A DNA stretch of 64,000 bases, taken from positions 217,270 through 281,269 of the IMG/VR virus record IMGVR_UViG_3300010158_000027; one strand, given 5' to 3'. Under the pieces are notes generated by a model. The model searched no databases. It worked only from the letters and a program-made list of their open reading frames with translations, and was not told the origin of the DNA. The translations under genes and the position numbers were made by a program. How positions within the stretch are numbered: position 1 is the stretch's first letter; each line of letters begins with the position of its first letter. Shown here in pieces: positions 59,554 to 64,000 of the stretch.

Positions 59554-60066
59554 ATGAAAGAACTGATTAGGAACATATTAAAAGAGGAATCATTAAAGCA
59601 AAGTCTTAGACAGCAAGTTAAAGATTATGGTTGGAAAGATACCGCAGAAATGGTTAATGGATCAGAAGAGTTGGCAAAATTGGCGTTCAATAATGATCCA
59701 ATGGAATTTTTACACATGTTTGATGATATGGATTTTGTTCAGTCAAAAATTGAAAAAGACTGGACATTATTTAGATTTGAAAAAGGGCATAATCTGATGA
59801 TTTACGATAGAAAAGATGAGTATGTTTACATAGATTATTCTGACATTTGGTCATTTTTGGAAGATGGTTTCGAACTTAACTACTCTGAGACGCAGGAACT
59901 TACAACAAGATGGTTGGAAGAAGTATACAAATTAAGGGGAGTCACAACACATAGATGGGGCAAGACTAATGAATTCTTGGTGGATGAAGCATACAAATTA
60001 AGGGGAGTCACAACTCCAAACAGGTTATTCTTATCTATAAACCGGTGGATGAAGCATACAATTTAA
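59554..60066 (+). CDS. array-bearing paralog family member 3
   Basis: Paralog; C-terminus read through repeats (YKLRGVTT twice). Confidence 0.85.
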   Translation: MKELIRNILKEESLKQSLRQQVKDYGWKDTAEMVNGSEELAKLAFNNDPMEFLHMFDDMDFVQSKIEKDWTLFRFEKGHNLMIYDRKDEYVYIDYSDIWSFLEDGFELNYSETQELTTRWLEEVYKLRGVTTHRWGKTNEFLVDEAYKLRGVTTPNRLFLSINRWMKHTI

Positions 60067-60067
60067 G
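59913..60067 (+). CRISPR. CRISPR-like mini-array: 2 full + 1 partial 36-nt repeats; 30- and 29-nt spacers
   Basis: GTTGGAAGAAGTATACAAATTAAGGGGAGTCACAAC (59913), GGTGGATGAAGCATACAAATTAAGGGGAGTCACAAC (59979), partial at 60044. Confidence 0.72.
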
Positions 60068-60073
60068 AAAGAA

Positions 60074-60718
60074 ATGAAACAGTTAATTAAACAAATATTA
60101 TTACAAGAGGTAAATAAGAAATACTCTAAACCAACACCAAGTGTGGAAAAACTAATCTATAATTGGTTGGATAACTATATTTCAGGAGCGCAGATGTATC
60201 ACGAAAAACACTATGAGTTTAATTATGGTTTTGAATGGTGTAATGATGGTATGGAAATAATGAGTTTTGATTTAGCGTTTGAATATATTGATGAATACCA
60301 TAGTAATAGAGTAAAAAATAGTGAAAGGAATTTTGATAGGGGAACTTTACAGATGCCTAAAGACATAATCCAAGAAATGCTTACGGACATTCCTGTAAGA
60401 AAAAACTATTTAATATATGTTATTGAGGAGTGGTTCGAGGACACACTATTAGATAAGGTTTCAACTATGATTGGAAGAGACGATATTTCAATTGATGAGT
60501 TTGAGGAATATCCAGAAACGGCACTAGTTTGCGTTCCACCACAAACAAAACCTGAAGGGTTAACTGATGATCAAATGATCGACTATATTGTTTCAAATAC
60601 TTTGCATAGAAAGGAACATTTAGAAAGGAGTATGTTGGAAGATCCTGATTTTGATTTAGAAAAATTGTATTTAGATATACTGAAGATGGGTGAGAGTAAA
60701 AGATTAAGAGGACAATAA
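60074..60718 (+). CDS. leader-bearing protein (MKQLIKQILLQE)
   Basis: Start lies within the decayed last repeat. Confidence 0.8.
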   Translation: MKQLIKQILLQEVNKKYSKPTPSVEKLIYNWLDNYISGAQMYHEKHYEFNYGFEWCNDGMEIMSFDLAFEYIDEYHSNRVKNSERNFDRGTLQMPKDIIQEMLTDIPVRKNYLIYVIEEWFEDTLLDKVSTMIGRDDISIDEFEEYPETALVCVPPQTKPEGLTDDQMIDYIVSNTLHRKEHLERSMLEDPDFDLEKLYLDILKMGESKRLRGQ

Positions 60719-60768
60719 CAGATTGGAAACGTCCACATTTTAATTTTATGGGATATTTATAATGATAT

Positions 60769-61293
60769 ATGAAACAGTTAATTAAACAAATACTAAAAGA
60801 GGAATCGTTAAAGCATAATCTTAAACAACAGATTAAGGATTATGGATGGAGAGATACCGCAGAAATGGTTAATGGATCAAAAGAGTTGGCAAAATTAGCA
60901 TTCGATAATGATCCGATGGAATTCCTACATATGTTTGATGATATGGATGTTGTTCAGAGCGAATCTGACATAAATTGGACTTTATTTAGATATGAAAAAA
61001 GAAATAATCTAATGGTTCACAATAAAAAAAATAAATATGTTTACATAGATTATTCTGACATTTGGTTATTTTTGAAAGAAGGTTTTGGACTTAAACACTC
61101 TGACATACAGGCATTTACAACGAGATGGGTGGATGAATCATACAATTTAAAGGGAGTCACAACTGACTCGTCGTTTAAAATCTTTATTATCGAGGTGGAT
61201 GAATCATACAATTTAAAGGGAGTCACAACCAAACGAGGGATAAGCAGGGACGCAATCATGGTGGATGAAGCATACAATTTAAGAAAGAAATGA
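60769..61293 (+). CDS. array-bearing paralog family member 4
   Basis: Paralog; VDESYNLKGVTT twice plus VDEAYNL. Confidence 0.85.
   Translation: MKQLIKQILKEESLKHNLKQQIKDYGWRDTAEMVNGSKELAKLAFDNDPMEFLHMFDDMDVVQSESDINWTLFRYEKRNNLMVHNKKNKYVYIDYSDIWLFLKEGFGLKHSDIQAFTTRWVDESYNLKGVTTDSSFKIFIIEVDESYNLKGVTTKRGISRDAIMVDEAYNLRKK
61128..61283 (+). CRISPR. CRISPR-like mini-array: 2 identical + 1 partial 36-nt repeats; two 30-nt spacers
   Basis: GGTGGATGAATCATACAATTTAAAGGGAGTCACAAC at 61128 and 61194; partial at 61260. Confidence 0.75.
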
Positions 61294-61763
61294 AACAGTT
61301 AATTAAACAAATATTAAAAGAGGAAACTGAAGATGATCGCGTTAGAGTATCCAAAGGTATCAATGCGTTGGTTAGTTTAGTGAAGAACACTTTTCCATTT
61401 ATTGTTGGTTGGGTTTGGGCCAAAGAGGATTGGGATGAGGGTATGTTTGGGATATATATACACTTAGTTATTGATCAAAAAAAAGTTAAAGAGATTTATG
61501 GTTTAAATTATAGATCATGGTATGATGGTAAACATAGTGTACTACAAAAGGCAATCAACGATAAATCGACATATGCGTACCCCATTAGTTTATTGGATTA
61601 CGAATCGGAAGGTATTGATGCTTATGAGGAAAATAGGGCAATTAAAGATTTAGTTAACGATACGTATGAGATTATACCTGATGAGTATAAAGTGGAAGTA
61701 AATAAACCATACTTTTATCAAGAAGCCAAAACTCTTGAAATTGACAGTTATATTTTTGTTTAA
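61290..61763 (+). CDS. leader-bearing protein (MKQLIKQILKEE)
   Basis: 157-aa ORF. Confidence 0.8.
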   Translation: MKQLIKQILKEETEDDRVRVSKGINALVSLVKNTFPFIVGWVWAKEDWDEGMFGIYIHLVIDQKKVKEIYGLNYRSWYDGKHSVLQKAINDKSTYAYPISLLDYESEGIDAYEENRAIKDLVNDTYEIIPDEYKVEVNKPYFYQEAKTLEIDSYIFV

Positions 61764-62935
61764 TGAAAAATCTGATACGACATATATTAAAGGAAGAAAC
61801 TAATAACGTTAAGTTAGTTAAGGATATTGTACTTGCTATGTTTGATAATGTTAAGTTTGTAGAATATGTTCCCGAAAGAAATGAGATTATGGTTTTTTAT
61901 ACTAATCGTGATAACCGACAAATGTTGATACCCACCGAAGTATGTGATAAGATTAGTCAATACACTGGTTTAGATGTAGTTCCTTGGCATATAGGTAGAG
62001 AATCCGATAATCAACCTGATTTTTATATAGATACTGAGGAGTATGAGGAACCCCCTAATGAAAAGAATCTAAGGGCTATTAAAACAATATTGCCCCAAGT
62101 TAGTTGGGATGGGCTTTGTGATATATGGGTGGAGTACTGTGAAGAAGATGACGATTACGAAATTAGATCTAAATCAATCAAAAGACATTATCTTTCAGAC
62201 GATACTGACATAATAGATGAGTTATTTTCTTTAAAAAACATTTTAAAATCTATGGGGTTAAAGGTGGGGGTTTTTGCTCCAATACCGGTTGATAGTTGCG
62301 AAGATGATGTGGAGTCTATTAATGAAGATAAAGAAACACCAAATGAAATAGAAAAGAATCTACGAGCCATTAGAACGGTATTGTCACAAGTTAGTTGGGA
62401 TGGTTTATGTGATATATGGGTAGAATATAGCAAGACGGATGGGGAATATGAAATTCGATCTAAATATGTGGGAGAATCGTTTACCATTGAGGATAGTAAA
62501 GATTTAGATTTTTTAGAAAACGCAATACGATCAATGGGTTTAAGTGTTTATATATACACGCCATGGTTTGTTGATAGTTGTGAAGATGATGTGAAGTTCA
62601 TTAACGAGTCTAAAGAAAACTCAACAAAAGAACTCATTTATAGGGTTTTAAATGACTTGGTATTACCACAATACGATCACGTTATTTGTGGGTTTGAATT
62701 ACATAATGTCGATGATAAATATTTAGACAATGATCTTAATTATCCAGGAGTTGATGTTACATTTATTGGTGGTAAAGGTACAAAACTATATCCACAAACA
62801 TCAGGCATTCAAAAAATGTATGATGATGTATTGGGTGAGATTTGGGACACAGTGTACGATTACACGGGTATTTCACTTGAACTATATTCAAAATACGTTA
62901 AAGATTGCGGAAAAGAAAACATCTACTTAAGGTAA
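61763..62935 (+). CDS. leader-bearing multidomain protein with internal duplication
   Basis: EKNLRAI...QVSWDGLCDIWVEY...YEIRSK...SMGL...VDSCEDDV present twice. Confidence 0.8.
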   Translation: MKNLIRHILKEETNNVKLVKDIVLAMFDNVKFVEYVPERNEIMVFYTNRDNRQMLIPTEVCDKISQYTGLDVVPWHIGRESDNQPDFYIDTEEYEEPPNEKNLRAIKTILPQVSWDGLCDIWVEYCEEDDDYEIRSKSIKRHYLSDDTDIIDELFSLKNILKSMGLKVGVFAPIPVDSCEDDVESINEDKETPNEIEKNLRAIRTVLSQVSWDGLCDIWVEYSKTDGEYEIRSKYVGESFTIEDSKDLDFLENAIRSMGLSVYIYTPWFVDSCEDDVKFINESKENSTKELIYRVLNDLVLPQYDHVICGFELHNVDDKYLDNDLNYPGVDVTFIGGKGTKLYPQTSGIQKMYDDVLGEIWDTVYDYTGISLELYSKYVKDCGKENIYLR

Positions 62936-63027
62936 TATTTTAATTTTGTTTTTGACTAACCAATTTAATTTCACTATATTTGAAATATGAAACAGACGGC
63001 AGTCGAATATTACATATTTTAAGAGTT

Positions 63028-63207
63028 ATGAGAATTGAAACTATAGAGAATCAGATTGTTTTAAAGGAGATATATAATTCTATTACTCTTGAAACTAAGG
63101 AGGGCAAACAATTACACATCTGCATGAGGGATTATGGTTATGAGATGAAATTGGATGATGGTAATTGGCATTTAATAACAGATGAAAAAGACTTTAAAGG
63201 ATTATGA
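63028..63207 (+). CDS. hypothetical protein
   Basis: ATG at 63028. Confidence 0.6.
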   Translation: MRIETIENQIVLKEIYNSITLETKEGKQLHICMRDYGYEMKLDDGNWHLITDEKDFKGL

Positions 63208-63425
63208 TAACACCAAAAGAAAAGGCAAAAGAATTATTTGATAAAATGAGTAGTCAAACGTACTCGTATCAACCATACGCAGGAGCACACTATTCAGTTG
63301 AAGAAATTGGGTGGGAAGCTGGAAAAAAATGTGCATTAATTTTAGTAGATGGACTAATTGAAAACACAGATAGGGCCGAAGTCGAATATTGGAATCAAGT
63401 AAAATCTGAAATAGAAAAACTATAA
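63204..63425 (+). CDS. conserved phage hypothetical protein
   Basis: TPKEKAKEL...KKCALI.VD...YWNQVK.EIEKL. Confidence 0.75.
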   Translation: MITPKEKAKELFDKMSSQTYSYQPYAGAHYSVEEIGWEAGKKCALILVDGLIENTDRAEVEYWNQVKSEIEKL

Positions 63426-63426
63426 C

Positions 63427-63648
63427 ATGGAAAAAACCGCAGTAGAATGGTTAGAAGAAAAGTGGAACAGCTACGATTTAAACGTAGGTAAATCAGGTTT
63501 TGGGTTATTACTTAAACAAGCAATAGAAAAGGAGAAGCAACAGATTATTGATGCTCATATTGATGGATTTTATAGTCCACCATTTGGTCCTAGAAGTAGA
63601 AATGGAGAGGCAAAAGACTATTATAATAAAACATTCAAATCAGAATAA
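63427..63648 (+). CDS. conserved phage hypothetical protein
   Basis: TAVEWL...A.E.EKQQIIDA...YYNKTFKSE. Confidence 0.75.
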   Translation: MEKTAVEWLEEKWNSYDLNVGKSGFGLLLKQAIEKEKQQIIDAHIDGFYSPPFGPRSRNGEAKDYYNKTFKSE

Positions 63649-63649
63649 G

Positions 63650-63811
63650 ATGAAAAAATTAATAGGTAAAATCCAATGTAAGTTAGGATGGCATAATTGG
63701 TCTGCTAAAATACAAGACTATCTAGATGAATTTGGATGTGTTCCAAAAGGATGGGTAGTACCAAAAGTTGCTAAGTGTAATAGATGTGGTAAAACCTTTA
63801 AACCAGAATAA
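63650..63811 (+). CDS. small Cys/His protein
   Basis: MKKLIGKIQCKLGWHNW...CNRCGKTFKPE. Confidence 0.65.
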   Translation: MKKLIGKIQCKLGWHNWSAKIQDYLDEFGCVPKGWVVPKVAKCNRCGKTFKPE

Positions 63812-63812
63812 G

Positions 63813-63983
63813 ATGAAAAAACACTTTCACAAATTACCATTTAAGTTTAAACTATGGTGGGCAAAACAATTTCTTTATATGTTTAAAGGATTTGGATCAA
63901 CATTTAATGATGACATTATCTTATATAATGAGTTAAAACTTTGGGTTGAAACAAAAGGAAAACCAACAAGTAAAAACCTTTAA
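63813..63983 (+). CDS. small hypothetical protein
   Basis: ATG at 63813 inside junction repeat. Confidence 0.55.
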   Translation: MKKHFHKLPFKFKLWWAKQFLYMFKGFGSTFNDDIILYNELKLWVETKGKPTSKNL

Positions 63984-64000
63984 ATCAAAATAAGATGGAA

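Noticed and set aside
60433-60510. GTTCGAGGA and GTTTGAGGA exactly 66 nt apart in gene 60074, at the position equivalent to the arrays
   Set aside because: Similarity is too short and explainable by F-E-(D/E) codons; at most a relic.
61230-61259. Spacer sharing GGACGCAATC with the large ncRNA near 11725
   Set aside because: Only ~10 nt match; not enough to call self-targeting.
59554-61293. Diversity-generating retroelement as the source of the variable C-termini
   Set aside because: No reverse transcriptase in the window, and the variable segments are wholly unrelated rather than differing only at adenines.
1-64000. cas genes or an integron integrase
   Set aside because: No ORF with recognisable Cas1/Cas2/Cas9/Cas13 or tyrosine-recombinase motifs; TnpB is the only RNA-guided nuclease seen.

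Overview
AT-rich, gene-dense segment of a large (jumbo-type) dsDNA tailed phage genome in the standard genetic code. The host is most likely Bacteroidota, inferred from many TAnnTTTG -7 promoter boxes. Recognisable genes: two N4/N6 DNA methyltransferases, a DHH phosphoesterase, two free-standing endonucleases, an IS200/IS605 TnpB, a lysis region (YkuD-like protein, GH19 endolysin, holin candidates), ThyA, a CheY-like receiver, two metallophosphoesterases, a P-loop kinase, a secreted NucA-type nuclease, a GH24 lysozyme, a fibre-like protein, an Rnl5-type RNA ligase, an AAA ATPase, HAD proteins, thioredoxin and DUF932. The most unusual signals are not explained by the ORF track. (1) Five CRISPR-like mini-arrays (36-nt repeats, 30-nt spacers, resembling type VI-B repeats) sit inside the 3' ends of related small protein-coding genes, in both orientations, with no cas gene in the window. 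(2) An integron-like attC cassette array with no integrase in the window. (3) Four tRNA-Leu-like scaffolds whose anticodon arm is replaced by variable inserts. (4) A ~900-nt structured ncRNA next to a tRNA-CAT. (5) About 25 otherwise unrelated proteins share N-terminal leaders ending in (L/I/V)-x-E, many behind a TATTTATA promoter motif, suggesting capsid-targeted cargo. All family assignments come from motif recognition without database searches.
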